DNA from: Chiloscyllium plagiosum
Lineage: Eukaryota
Length of the DNA stretch: 64,000 nucleotides
NCBI RefSeq assembly: GCF_004010195.1
Contig: NC_057719.1
Span: 40,587,073 to 40,651,072, forward strand
Direction: 5' to 3'
Every line of letters starts with the position of its first letter. The first letter of the stretch is position 1. Shown here one piece after another: positions 1 to 13,239 of this stretch. The notes below the pieces were generated by a model. The model was not told the DNA's origin. It made no database searches and saw only the letters and a list, made by a program, of their open reading frames with translations. A program made the translations under genes and the position numbers.

Positions 1-3000
1 TTTTTTTTAATTCCATATCATCCTGTAAAATAGGTAATATATCAATTTCTGACCACGCTGCTGTATATATGGAAACTAAGGCGAGGAACAGTGGGACATC
101 CCCTCGGCATTGGCGTATGGGCCCCTTCTTAATGAAAGATAGTAAATTTGTAAAGTACTTCTCTCAAGAATTTAAAACTTTTTTAGAAATTAATTCAGGT
201 ACAGCTAGCAACCCGTCAATGATGTGGGAGACCATCAAAGCTTACACGCGAGGCTTGATCATCTCCTACTCTGCGACCCAGAAGAAATTAAAAGGAGAAC
301 AACAGCGTTTGCTTGAAGCCCGCTTAAAAGCGGCTGAAACAGCATACACTGATAGACCTTCTATTATTAAATTGCAAAGGATTACAGCTCTTAGGACAGC
401 TCTAAATACTACACTTACTCAGACGGCTAAGAGGGAAATATTATTTGCAAAGCAAAGGTTATATGAATATGGCGACAAATCGGGTAGATACTTAGCATTT
501 CTTGCAAAGAAAAAAAAGGCCCCTCAGACTATTATGTCTATCAAAGATAGTACGGGTATTTTGACTCATGATCATAAAAAGATTAGTGCGACCTTTAGAA
601 AATTCTATTCTGAGTTATATAAATCACAGGATTGTGAAGATAGGGCGAAGAGGATGCAGTCATTTTTTAAAAATTTGACTTTTCCTGACCTAATTCCGGA
701 ACAAGTATCGGTCCTAAATGCTCCTCTTACACCCCAAGAAATAGTTGATGCAATTAGGCACCTTCAAAATGGTAAGACGCCGGGCCCAGATGGCTTTCAA
801 GCTGAATTCTATAAAGAATTTACAGAAATACTGGTTGGTCCACTTATGGACATGTATAACTATGCATATAGTCAGGGCTGTCTCCCGCCTTCGTTGAAAG
901 AGGCAAATATCTCTCTTATCCTTAAAAAAGGAAAGGACCCAGAAGTTTGTACATCATACAGACCAATATCCTTGCTAAATGTAGATTTTAAAATCCTCTC
1001 TAAAACGTTAGCACTGAGATTAGAAAGGATACTGCCACATATTATAAAGGAGGATCAGACGGGGTTTATTCAGGGCCGTAGATCATCCAATAATGTTAGA
1101 AGGGCTCTGAATATGATTCAAGCTTGTCATCAGGGAAAGATACCAGGAGTAGTGGTTTCATTAGACGCGGGAAAGGCATTTGATAGGGTCGAATGGTCAT
1201 ATTTGTTTTACACATTGAGAGGTTTGGTGTTGGACAGGTGTTTACCAAATGGGTCTCAACATTGTATAGTGATCCCAAAGCAGTTGTGGTTACCAATGGA
1301 TTAGGCTCGGATAGCTTCAGTGTGGGTAGGGGCTGCCGTCAGGGATGTCCCCTCTCGCCATTGTTATTTATGCTAATAATTGAACCACTAGCAGAAGCTA
1401 TACGAGCTGATCCTAATATAGTGGCCCCAAGGATTGGTACAGGTAAACATAAAATTACCCTTTATGCAGATGATGTTCTTCTATTCCTCAGTAACCCTTT
1501 GATGTCCATACCTCGCTTAATCCAAGTTATTAATACATTTAGTGCATTCTCAGGCTATAGAATTAATTTTTCAAAATCGGAGGCTATGCCAATGGGTGGC
1601 CTTGCTGTGATACCCCGCTTAGCGGATGGTTCCCTTTTTCCCTTTCGCTGGTCCCTGGAGGGGTTCTTATATTTTGGCATTTTTATTACTCCAGTATTTG
1701 GTCAGTTGTATAAGGCTAATTTTGTGTATTTATTGGAAAGGATAAGGCAGGGCCTCCAGCGATGGGGAGACCTGCCAATTTCCTGGTTGGGTAGAATAGC
1801 ATTAATCAAAATGAATGTCCTGCCCCGTCTCCTATATCCTATGAGAGTGCTTCCGGTGATGCTGCCGAGGACAGCTTTATGTAAATTATACGGCTGGCTG
1901 AGTTCCTTTATCTGGAACCATAGGCGGCCCCTCATTAAGCTGAAGAAGCTACAGCTTCCACAGGCAAGGGGTGGATTGGACTTCCCAGATTTTAGGAAAT
2001 ATCAATTAAGTTCCCTATTAAGTTATATAGCTGATTGGGTCTTGTCTGATCCACAATCAATCTGGTTGGACATCGAGGCTTCTCAAGTAAAATACCCACT
2101 TATTAACCTTTTATTCTCAGACAAGAGGAAGATCATTACAGATCACTGTAAAAACCCTATAATACTGAATACAATCAAGGCTTGGAATATAATGCGGCAA
2201 AATGAGGGTAATTCACATAAAACATCCCCCTATGCACCGATAGTGGGAGCATGGGGATTCCAACCGGGGTTAACAGATGCCACTTTTAAACTCTGGAGAT
2301 CCAGGGGTATCTCATGTCTCGGGGATTTATTTAAAGATGGGGTCCTGATGTCTTTCGGACAGTTGCGTCAGAAATTCGGATTACCCAATGGAGACCTCTT
2401 TCGATACTTCCAAATTCGAGATTTTATACAGAAGAAGACTACGTTATTAGATAGTCTTTATAAATCCGATAGAGAATGTAGTGTCCTACGACCAGTGGGG
2501 GTATCTTCCGTCAGTAATATTTATCATTTACTACATGATGAAGTATCGGGAGATATGGATAATCTGCTTAAAACATGGGATCAGGATCTGGGACTAGAAA
2601 TCTCCACAGAAACGTGGAATGATATCTGGGAAAATGCTAGAAGAATTACTATTTTTAACAGAACCCAGGCTATCCAGCTGAAGATACTTCATAGGGCCCA
2701 TATAGCACCGGTTTGATTGGCAAAATTTAAGGCAGGATCATCTCCAATGTGTCCTAAATGCAAAATAGAGGTGGGCACTCTTGTATATTGCTTATGGACC
2801 TGTCATAAGATCCGTAGATATTGGACTAAAGTAGCAAGTACCCTGACAGAAATTTTAGGAACGGAAATTAAAGTGGACCCCGTATCTCTCCTCTTGGGCT
2901 TTTCGAACTTTCCCTCCCTGGACACGTACGGGAAGAGACTATTTTCTATTCTTTCTTTCTGTGCAAGGAAAAATATTTTGGTGAACTGGGCGGCTGAGGG

Positions 3001-3169
3001 TCCCCCTGGACTTTCAAATTGGCACAGACTAATTATGGAATGTATTCCCCTTGACTTCCTTACAAATATGGTGCACCGGAAGACCGAATTATTTTATAAA
3101 ATATGGTAGCCCTTTTTGAATTACATAAATACAGATATTTCGGCTATCCTAACAAGGGCTTTTATTTAA
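1..3169 (+). pseudogene. L1 ORF2 (endonuclease-reverse transcriptase) with about three lesions
   Basis: ORFs 69-1304, 1193-2716 and 2717-3109 join into one ORF2. Frameshift near 1215, stops at 2714-2716 and 3107-3109; the frame continues to TAA 3167-3169. Confidence 0.9.
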
Positions 3170-3499
3170 TTGAGATTACAAACTTGGCTGGCCCGGGGCC
3201 CCTCGGGGGAGGAATCCCGCACGAATACGGGTTTTATTATATCTGATGCTAACACATCCCGAGCATGTAAGAGACTTAAATATACACTCTGGTTAGTTGT
3301 AGGTTAGATTAGTAGATAGTTGAGTTTTGTTTTTTTTAATTTTTTTTCGGTTTTATTTTGTTGTGTTTTATTTTGTTAAATTTTGGCTATTGTATATTTG
3401 AGCTAATTGTATATCAATGTTTATATCTGAGAGTTTTGTTTATTTTTGTAAACTTGTAAAAATGTTAAATTTCTAATAAAGATATCTGTAAAAAAAAAA
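1..3499 (+). mobile_element. L1-clade LINE, 3' part (ORF2, 3'UTR, polyA), running off the left edge
   Basis: ORF2 motifs: SDH end of the endonuclease, KTPGPDGF, YRPISLLN, QGCPLSP, LYADD, C-terminal CPKC. AATAAA at 3475-3480 and A-tail at 3490-3499. Inserted next to a CR1 RT fragment. Confidence 0.95.
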
Positions 3500-3519
3500 G
3501 AAATTGTTCCATTGGGCAG

Positions 3520-4382
3520 ATGCAGCATTGGTTCATGAATGTCAGGTCATGCTTAACTAATCTAGTGCAATTCTATGAAGACATTATGAACATGGTGGAC
3601 AATGGGAACCCAGTAGATGTGGTGTATCTAGATTTCCAAAAGACATTTGACCAGATGCCGCACAAATAGCTGCCGAGTAAGGTGTTACGGGCAATGCATT
3701 AGCATGGATAGAGAATTGGTTAACCAACAGGAAGCAAAGAGTAGGAATAAGTGAGTGCTTTTCTTGTTGGCAATCAGTGACTAGTGGTTGCCTCAGGGAT
3801 CAGTGTTGGACCACAATTATTCACAATTTACATAGATGATCTGGAATCGGGGACCACAAATCTTATAGGGGGTGCAGAGGAGGTACACTAGATTGATTCT
3901 GGAGTTGAGAGGGTTGGCTTATGAGCAGAGACTGCGTAGACTGGGATTATTTTCACTGGGTTTTGGAAGAATGGCAGGGGAGGGAATCTTATAGAAACAT
4001 ATAAAATTATGAAGGGAATAGACAAGAAAGAAATAGAGAGGATGTTTCCAATGGTGGGAGAAACTAGAACAAGAGGGCATAGCTTCAAAATTAGGGGAAA
4101 CAGATTTAGGACCAAATTGAGGAGGAACTTCTTCACCCAGAGAATTGTGAGTCTATGGAATAGCTTGCCCAGTGAAGTAATTGAAGCTTCCTCCATAAAT
4201 ACTTTTAAAGCTAAGATAAGTAATTTTTTGAACAGTAAAGGAATTATGGTGAGAGAGTGGGTATGTGGAGCTGAGGCCATGCAAAGATCTGCCACGATCT
4301 TATTGAATGTTGGAGCAGGCTTCAAGGGCTGGACAGAGTACTCCTGCTCCTAGTTCCCATGTTCTATGTTCTTATTATGTTC
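3520..4382 (+). mobile_element. CR1 LINE fragments (RT part and 3' end)
   Basis: VDVVYLDFQK-like coding, ORF with TRGHSFK..RNFFTQR..WNSLP, tgttct-type tail. Confidence 0.85.
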
Positions 4383-4384
4383 TC

Positions 4385-5030
4385 ACGTAACTGAACAGCT
4401 AGGAACTATGAACAAGATCCAAGAAAAACCTTCAGATCACCAACCATTTAGAATCTCTGTGTTCTCTTCAGTAAACGCAACTTTAAACGTGAAGAAAACC
4501 TCTTCATCTTTTCCTCCTTAAAATTGATTTAAGCTATGACTATTGATTAATGTCAGAGACTTTTTATAAATGAACCAACCAACATGTGCCTCTTGCAAAC
4601 AGTGAAGGTACCTGGAGAAGGATGACTGCGAAGCAGAATTCTGACCTGTACAAAAATCATAAGCATCATCTCAGCAACCCTTGTAAGCAGGAACCACTGA
4701 ACTATTTTCCCTGTCTTTCCCTCCATCCATAATATTTATGTCCTGCCTGTCTTTATCTGTGTGTGTGTCTGTAAGGGAGACCTTTAGGCTAGATTTAATT
4801 ATTACTTGTATTGCCACTGATTCATTACTGTCATTCACTTGTATTTATTTCTGAAATAAATAGTCATTTTTATTAGGTACTGAAACTTGGTCCGTGCTTT
4901 CTGTCTATCTGGGTATAAAGGATAGGTAATTTGGAGAATTTTGCGTACCTTTAAAATCTATATTTAACTTTTGTGACAACTGTGGAAATAGTCTTGATTT
5001 CTAGCCTGCTACCTCAGTGAGGTGTAATGC
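4385..5030 (+). mobile_element. Possible degenerate solo LTR
   Basis: Non-coding, internal AATAAA, ends resemble LTR-type repeats by eye only; no TSD confirmed. Confidence 0.3.
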
Positions 5031-6450
5031 ATTGACAATTAGGATATATGAATTGCTACCATAACTCAACAATTTGAATGCTATCCTTAAATTCCACACT
5101 CTTCTCCTCTTCAAAAATGCACAGATAGACAAGAGATGGAGAGTAGGAGTGCATAAGGGCAGAAGATCAGGAAACTACATCATTCAATGACATCATTATG
5201 AAAACAGCCCAGTAAGAGAAGGCTTTTGGATTTAATAGTAGGGAATGAACCACAGTGAGAAAGAAAACTAAAGGTAAGGGAAAATCTGGGCGGTAGTGAT
5301 CATAATATAGAGCTTTTTTTTAAGGTGATGAAAGAGGACATAAATATTATGAGAAACAAAGTAATAGATTGGAGAGCATCTGAGGGGCTGAGAATAGAAC
5401 TTGGGAAAATAAAATGGGTGGCTATATTGGTGAACGATGATGTAGAGTGATAGAGGTAGATATTAAAAATCACCATATGATCTAAGTGACCACTGGGGAA
5501 GCAGGCACAGCAGTGAACCTTTCCTTGCTTCTCAGTGTCAGTTTGAGGATTCCTGACACATGATGTCAGCCAGGATTTGAGGGAATAGCCCTGTGGCTGA
5601 CCTATCATCTTTGAAATGTAGCTTTCTGTGGTTCCATCTTGATTTTCACACTATACCTGTTACTACTTCTGGCTTCAATAATTATTTTTACTATTGGAAG
5701 AGAGTGTTGGCTGAGACATGACATTTATCTCTTGACTGGACTACTTTCCATGCCTCAATAGGAATATTTCTCCACTCAAGGATCACCTTGCTACAAGTCT
5801 GTCTTCAATTTGCTCTCAATTTCTTTATGATGCATTTGGTTATTTTTCTGTCACTTCAGTCTTCCCATTTGACCAAGGATATTGTGGAGAGGATGTATGG
5901 CATTGAATTACACAATCCTTTATGAAGTTGTTGAATTTTTCACTCGTATTGAGGACCATTGCCACTCGTCACTGCATCTGGAATTCTGTAACAATTGAAG
6001 TATGATTTTGGACACTTTATCATGTCGGCAGGTCTAACTCCTAAAAGTCAGAATAGGAGCTCATACTGATAAGATAATCAGTTGTTGCAAGAGCGCAGAG
6101 GTCTATGGTCTGGGATGTCATATGTCATCAGCAGCTCTTTAAAGCAGAGCTTGGCATTCAGTACCAGCATGGCATAATGTGGTCCTTAATCTCACTTCTA
6201 ATGTTCAACCAATAGAACATTTATCATCTTCAGATTGGACTCAATTCCTTGAAGGCTTATTTGGATGCACTTAATCTCACCCTTTAAGGAACATTTCATT
6301 TATATAATATGCCACTGTATGTAATTACGTCATTGTTGTAACACACTATTTCATAGCAACAGATTCTTTCAGATGATCCTTCCATCTTTGTTTCCTGCAA
6401 CAGTTGGAGAGGCGCAGTTTACGTGGTTTGCTTGGTTTGAGTATCATTAT

Positions 6451-6727
6451 CATAGAATCCCCGTTTGGTCCATCAAGTCCACACCGATCCTCTGAAGAAC
6501 ATCACACACAGACCCTCCCCCTACCCTATCCCTGTAAACCTGCATTTCCCATGGCTAATCCACCTACCAAGTGCCTCTTTAGACTGTGGGACAAAACGAG
6601 CGCCCAGAGGAAGTCCACGTAAACATGGGGAGAATATACAAACTCGACACAGACAGTCACCTGATGCTGGATGCAAACCCGGGTCCCTGACGCTGTGAGG
6701 CAGCAGCACTAGCTACTGAGCTGCCTC
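6451..6727 (-). mobile_element. HE1-like V-SINE
   Basis: Reverse complement of the tRNA-like head, V-domain and CR1-type tail seen at 32005-32320. Confidence 0.85.
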
Positions 6728-7363
6728 CAAGAGTAAGACACTTGTCTTTCAAATCAATGTCTCCGCTGGGTTAATACATCCAGAATCTGTTGAACTGTTG
6801 CTTCTTGTTGTTTCTGGAAGATTTCATCACCTCTGCAACTGTATCTGTCTCCTTTCCTTGTGTGTCACATCCAGATGGTCTCCTTGGAACAAATGTTACT
6901 CATAGATACATTGGAGCAGATAAAAGTGGTTTCAAGATGATGCTCTGAAGTAGTTCATGGTGAGACTTCATGGTCACTTTGTCTCTCCCATTAGGTATTA
7001 ATTCAAAGGTTCACAAGCAAAACACAGGTCAGCTCTGTTTCTCTATCTGAGCATTATGTTTTTTAATTTGCTTTCACTACCAGCATGTTCATAGAACTGG
7101 TTGTTGTGGCTACATAAAGGTAAATCTATGCCTTGTCTCATTGACATCACAGAGCAGGGTGACTTTGTCATTGACACTGTCATGTCTCAGCACTGTCAGA
7201 AACATCGTGAGTTGTTGATTCTAGTGGGAGCTTGTTCTTTTTCTGTTCCTGTACCCCGTGCTACTACATATTGTTAACTGTGAGCTTGCTTGCATATTCT
7301 CTGATGACAAATTGGGCAAGAAACTTTGCTCAAGAGTTCACAAATCCAATGAATCATTACACC

Positions 7364-7434
7364 ACCCAGCTAGCTCAATCAGTAGAGCATGAGACTTAAT
7401 CTCAGGGTGGAGAGTTCAAGCCCCATGTTGGGTA
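7364..7434 (+). pseudogene. tRNA-Lys(CTT)-derived pseudogene
   Basis: acccagctagctcaatcagtagagcatgagact--taatctcagggtggagagttcaagccccatgttgggta matches vertebrate tRNA-Lys-CTT, with a 2-nt anticodon-loop deletion and CpG decay. Confidence 0.85.
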
Positions 7435-7444
7435 AAAATGTTTA

Positions 7445-7795
7445 GGGGAGGAAATGGCCTAGTGGTATTATTGCTGGACTATTCATCCAGAAACTCAGGA
7501 ACTGTTCTCGGGTCTCCGGTTCAAATCCTGTCTTGGTAGATCAAGGAATTTGAAATCAATAAAAATAAAATCTGGAATTAAGAGTCTAATGATGACTATG
7601 AAACTGTTGATAATTGTTGGAAAAACCCATCTGGTTCACTAGTGCCCTTTAGGGAAGGAAACTGCCATCCTTACCTGGTCTGTCCTACATATGACTCTAG
7701 ACCCGCAGCAATGTGGTTGACTTTTGAACTGCTTTCTGGGCAATTAGGGATGGGAAATAAATGCTGTCCTCATCGTGTGAATGAATTAAAAAGAA
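7445..7795 (+). mobile_element. tRNA-derived SINE with a LINE-type 3' tail
   Basis: A-box tggcctagtgg, B-box ggttcaaatcc; tail agggatgggaaataaatgctg resembles the 3' end of the LINE at 52918-54200. Confidence 0.8.
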
Positions 7796-7815
7796 CACTG
7801 CTTTCATATATGTTT

Positions 7816-8090
7816 AAAAATGACACAACACCAGATTATAGTCCAACAGATTTACTTGGAAGTACTAGCTTTCAGAGCGCTGCTCCTTCATCAAGTAGCT
7901 GTGGGGCAGGATCACAAGACACAGAATTTATAGCAAAGGGTCTCAGTGTCTTATGATCCTGCTCCACAGCTACCTGATGAAGGAGCAACACTCTGAAAGC
8001 TAGTGCTTCCAAATAAACCTGTTGGACTATAACCTTGTGTTGTGTGGTTTTTAATTTGTCTACCCCAGTACAACACCGGCACCTCCAAAT
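7816..8090 (+). mobile_element. PLE-derived fold-back element, family B, with hammerhead cores
   Basis: Inverted arms ~7816-7925 and ~7943-8052 plus a 3' tail. CTGATGA..GAAAGCTA at 7974-8002 (+); mutated core at ~7866-7894 (-). Confidence 0.8.
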
Positions 8091-8365
8091 TTGCTGGTTG
8101 TCATATTTCTGTTATAGCTCACATCTTGTTAGGATCTGGACAAAATCAATTCACTGTCAGTACATGACCCATGTGCTTAATTCCAGTCACCTGCAATTGA
8201 AGGCTTTTTTTAATTCATCCTTTCTGTTTATTTAGTGAGCTTTCTCTTGCAATCCTATTAGATTCTGATTGTTGCCTGTGATGACTTCTTCCACTGTATC
8301 TCCACACTCACAAAATAACAAAATCGAAAATAGCTTCCCTTCTGAGAAGGTTACTAACTATTCTC

Positions 8366-8496
8366 TCTTTCCTGATGAAGGGCTTTTGCCCAAAGTGTAT
8401 ATTCTCCTGTTCCTTGGATGCTGCCTGACCTGCTGTGCTTTTCCAGTACCACACTCTTGACTCTGATCTCCAACATCTGCAGTCTTCACTTTCTCC
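8366..8496 (+). mobile_element. PLE terminal fragment, family A, single arm
   Basis: ctgatgaagggcttttgccc..ctgcctgacctgctgtgcttttccag..cactttctcc; GAAA core degenerate. Confidence 0.8.
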
Positions 8497-9839
8497 TATC
8501 TCTCATGTCTGGAGGAAAGGAAATAACAGGACACATATGCGATGACCTGTATCTCCTGAATGGTACTTAGAATGTAACTAGAAAACTATTAGTTTCATCC
8601 AGCCTCATTGCCAGGATCCATCTTTCACTTGGAGGATGTAAAAACTTTTGCCTTGGCAAGTTGTGGCAAAATTTCATACAAGGGCAGCAAAATCTCTTTA
8701 AAGCTTTACTGAGATTCTTTGGATCAATGCTTACTCTGTTTGCTGGATTGTTTCACTGCTACCATGGCATTAACCCAGTCTGTGGGACAATCTTGATGAG
8801 TTCTTTATTTCCCAGCTCTTTAATTTGCCTTTCACATTGGACTTGAAGACAGGGGACCATTCCTAGGCAGATTCTGAGTTGGTCTCAGATTCTCATCTAC
8901 TTCAAGATGATATTTAAAGGGAAGACATCCAAGACTTGTAAAAACATCTTTGTAGTTTTCCAGGACAAGTTCAGGAATCAATGGTTTGGTAGCCTGTGAA
9001 ATACTGTAAACCCTTCCAGGCACAGTTAAACTTACTCGTCCAAGCTTTAGAATTCCTTCCGTTGAGATGAGTAGAGTTTGCTTACTGATTACTATCTGAA
9101 ACTCCAGATTTTCATTCTTCCCATTGCTTCAAACTCTTAGTGTTTTTTTTCTCCTCTCGGGATGAGTATCATTCCATCACATAGCCTTGACTTTACCTTC
9201 GAGGAGCCATTTTTGGACCACCAATTTTGAGAGACTTTGCACAGATCTGTATAGCGTTGCTATTTGTCTGTCACCTGACATTCACAATCATTATCTTGCA
9301 AATGTGACACAACAATGTTTTAAAGTTGGTTTTGTATGATTATTTTAAACTTTATATATTTTGCCATATCTTGCAATGCTACATTGCTACCTAAATATGT
9401 GGTAAGATATGAATTTAGCTAGTGTGATTTTTTTTTTCTTTTGGATAACAAAAGAGCAAGTCTGATCTTTTGAAAGTAAATTCAGTCAACTTGCTTCAGA
9501 CTTTGATAATTATTGTGGAGTCACTCATGGTTCTTTAATGAAAAGAAATTGATGGGCTTTGGAATTTTCCAGAATACTAAAAAGACCAAAGATAAATAGA
9601 GAACATAAGACATGTATCCATTCTGTCAGAAACAGTGTGACGGTTCCATTGTGAATTGACTGAACCATCTTCTCTTAATGAATGGCGATTTTTTTTTTGT
9701 ACTTGTTGTGATGACCTTAGTGAATTCTGTCAAACTTGTCAAAATGTACTTGTATCTACAATGGGTCTTGTAACTTATCAGTACTAATACACCTTTGAAA
9801 TTAGTTCTCAGATCAGTCAATAATTGTATGTTAGGAATT

Positions 9840-9937
9840 CTAGTGGCACACTGGTAGTGTCCCTATGTTTCAGCCAGGGGACGATCCTACCTACTCCAGA
9901 AGTAGGTAGTAATACCTTGAATGCATTGATTAAATAT
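9840..9937 (+). mobile_element. Short tRNA-like SINE remnant
   Basis: ggtagtgtcccta...tgatta; related copy at 61100-61212. Confidence 0.5.
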
Positions 9938-11689
9938 AACTGACCTAGGTCTTCCAGTTAAAGTGAACTCCAAAATCTTACGTTTATCTGAATAGGACTC
10001 AGTTTCCTATTTCACCCAAAAGAAGGTGCTAAAGTCCTGTAGCAACTTAAACCACTGCCCTCTTGTGAATAAAGTGTGTCACCACAACATTATAATATAG
10101 GTTAAAAATATTCTGTAGAGGATTGAGAGTGATGAGATGGTGCAAGTCTGATGAATGATCGTGTATTATCAGCAACAATATTCTATTTCACTGCGAGATA
10201 AATGAAGCAATACTTGAAGCAAAGACGCTAAAAATTACATAAATTGAGTCTGCTTGCAATACTTGAAGATAGAATATAAAATGTACATTGCGAATTTGAT
10301 GGCACAAGTTTAATTTGTTATAATTAACAACAAACTGAGTACTCAGCCACCCATATGGTCTGGTCAAGATATGATTCATATTCATTGATTCATACTAAAG
10401 TTCCAAAGGTACTTTCTATTCTGTAAGGAAGTGTTATCAGCTTTAAATTATTCAAACAATAAGTAGAACAGACAGAATGAACCAAATAGCTTCATACAGT
10501 GCTGTAGACAGCTGTGGTTCCTTCCAGGCCTCAAACCAATACAAGTTATTCCCTTAATGTCACATCGAATAAATAATTTTAAAAATGTGTTTCAGTTCAA
10601 CCATAGGTATCTTATTTACCAATTCAGCTTTCCTAAACTATCAGAGGCGTAGAAATCAGAATTAATTTGAGAAACATTTTATCATGTAGAAGTCACATCA
10701 GAACTCACAATTTTTTAAAAATCTTACTTCCTACTGAAACCTGATCATCTTTTTGTCACATTCAGATTTGACTTTTCCAACATCTTACGAGTCTTGACAT
10801 GAGCTCAAACTTACAGTATCACAGTGCACATTTTTGCCCCCTTATCTTTCTTGTTGATTTCCCTTAGCTTTCCATTCCTCAGTAGTGGAATTTCAAAATA
10901 ATCATCTAAATGCCTATTCTATTCCTGTCATCATCAGTAGAAGGCCGTCAAATCATCTTACTTCTGTTCAATCCATTTTGATTATGAAAAATTTCCCTAA
11001 AATTTGACTTTTTAAATTATTACCGACTTTTTTGAACTGTATTAAACCAGTTTTCTATTTCTGTTTAGATCTCCTCCCCAACTTTGTATTGGACTTTTCC
11101 TAAACACTATCATTGTCCACTTAAATGGGATACACTGCTTGACAAATGTGAGATGGCAAATGCATTTGAAACATTCAAGAGCTTATTGGGTTATTATTGG
11201 AAAAAGATAAATGGGCATGGTTAGGGAAGAGGGTGTAGGGATAGCACTAGGTGAATTAGTCTTTCACAGACTTGATGGGCCAAATGGCCTCCTTCTGAGA
11301 TGTAATAACCCAATTTTGAGATATTGTGACCTTCTTAGATTTAAAAAAAACTAATTTTACTTGATAGTAATCTGGGAATTTACTAGGAGTGATTTTCCAA
11401 ACATTAATATCAATTCAGATCATTAACGTGTCTACCAGCTGGCTACATTTCACTTCAAGATTGAACTTTCAGACATCAGTAAAAATAAATGGAGATAATT
11501 GAAGGAACATTGCCAACTTAATTATAGTTTTGAATTTAATTGCAAGAAGAAATTCTCCAGTACAAGAACATGGGAAAGCAGGATGTCTCTATAACAAGTT
11601 CTTCATCAGCCATCAAAGGGTTTTTTACCTAAACTTAAATACAGTTTGGTAGTTATGGGTAATGCAGGCACATAACTGGCACTGGTTCA

Positions 11690-12505
11690 CCTATCAACAG
11701 ATCAAGAGTCAGCAAGTCCCACTCACTAAAGCATCACACTGTGATATAATTTATAAATATTTATATATATATTATTTGAGTTTGGATTTGACCTAATGGC
11801 TCATCATCTGTGTTTTTGAACAGGTTTAACTATTAACCTTGAGCTATTTTGTAGTGGTGATTTCTTATCATAGTCTGGGAGAGAGAATTCTTCAAAGAGT
11901 TGTCCATTAAACTTTCAGGTCAGAGATTGATTTATTTTCATTTTATTATAGGAAACACAAATAGCTTGGAGTAAAGCTTTCTGGTTTCTGTTTGACAGTT
12001 TTGCAAAGTCATGACCGAGGCTATATGTGCAAAACAGTTGCCCCTATGAAGGATCCTGGTTTAGAACTAGTTTTGCTCCAGATCAGAAATGTTCAGTTAA
12101 AATCCTGATGCTGAGAAAGTCTATGCTCAGTTATCCAAAGAATCAAAGAAGAGGCCATCAGTTTCTTAAGCTTGAGAATTGAAGCCACAATTAAGTCAAA
12201 CCCTATAGATATGAAAGAGATGGGAATTTTTTTTGGTATGATTATTTTGCATTATTGGGAATATATTTTACCAGGTGCTTCCAAATCTTTCAACTTGTGT
12301 TAAATGCAAACAGATTGATTTATTCTATTCTACCCTCCTTTCTTTTGCATAATGATTTTCTATTTAATTGTTAAAATCAAATCTACAGTATTGTGTGTTT
12401 CAGTGAGAGACCATCCCATGAAACCAAAAGAAATACAAAATATGATCTATCAAGCCAGATTTCAGTTTGGGATCTGACTGGTGGTAATAATATCAGCTGG
12501 GATTT
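11690..12505 (+). mobile_element. Possible degenerate solo LTR
   Basis: Ends in tgatctatcaagccagatttcagtttgggatctgact..cagctgggat, reminiscent of shark LTR-type repeats; not verified. Confidence 0.3.
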
Positions 12506-13239
12506 TATTTGTGACATTGGGGTTGAGGCTAGTTTGAATCACCAATTTGAATCACTAACCTACATGTAGATTGTAGTCCACAATGAGTATTGCAGTACAT
12601 TTCTTACATGGCTCATTTATTGTTCCTATTTATTCTGTTTTACAGTATAACTGCTGATAGAATTCCTGTAAACTATTCCCACAAGTAATCTTTTAGTTTT
12701 ATTATTTCTTATTTCTACCCAAACTGATTTTGCATCTTGATCTTTCAAATTAATTTCTTTCAATTGAACTAACCCCATCATGAATTAACAAGGCTATCAC
12801 ACTGCTTTAGCTCAGCTTTCTATCATTCTGATCTGTCAAATTCCCTTCAATTGTCACATCCCAGCCTTGGCCACCTTTCAACTCTAACTCTGTATTGCCT
12901 ACTCAGTGATACATGTTTATCTCATCTAACATTCATTGAACATACATCATTATTGTTACAAATGCTGCAATCACTCAGATATTGGGACCTAAACTCTGTT
13001 CTTTGAAAACATTTTTACCGCCTCAAGCCTTGTTTGCTGTGGCAATCTTGTATTTGTATGCTCTATCCTTTCCTGTCATGTTTTGATAATCATTATCAAA
13101 TTGCTTCCCTACTGTATTATTTAGTTGTTTCCTTTAATTTACCGTGTCTCCACTCACTTGATCTCTTTCCCCTCCTACTCAGATTAACGCCTTCTCAATT
13201 GCCCAATAGTTATATGATCTCCAGGGATGTGACTGTTGA

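Larger units (their letters stand above)
5560..9300 (-). mobile_element. Degenerate Gypsy/Ty3 pol (RT, RNase H, integrase) with nested insertions
   Basis: Minus-strand YKDVFTSLGCLP..YHLEVDENLRP (8832-9023), IDPKNLSKALKR (~8700), AQIEK-like RNase H (~7050) and TSSPQYPWSNGKTE / LEWRNIP integrase (~5760-5900), in correct domain order. Confidence 0.8.

Noticed and set aside
3244..3285. Hammerhead in the L1 3'UTR (ctgatgc..)
   Set aside because: CUGANGA is incomplete and there is no GAAA partner.
7364..7434. Functional tRNA-Lys gene
   Set aside because: Anticodon-loop deletion and stem mismatches.
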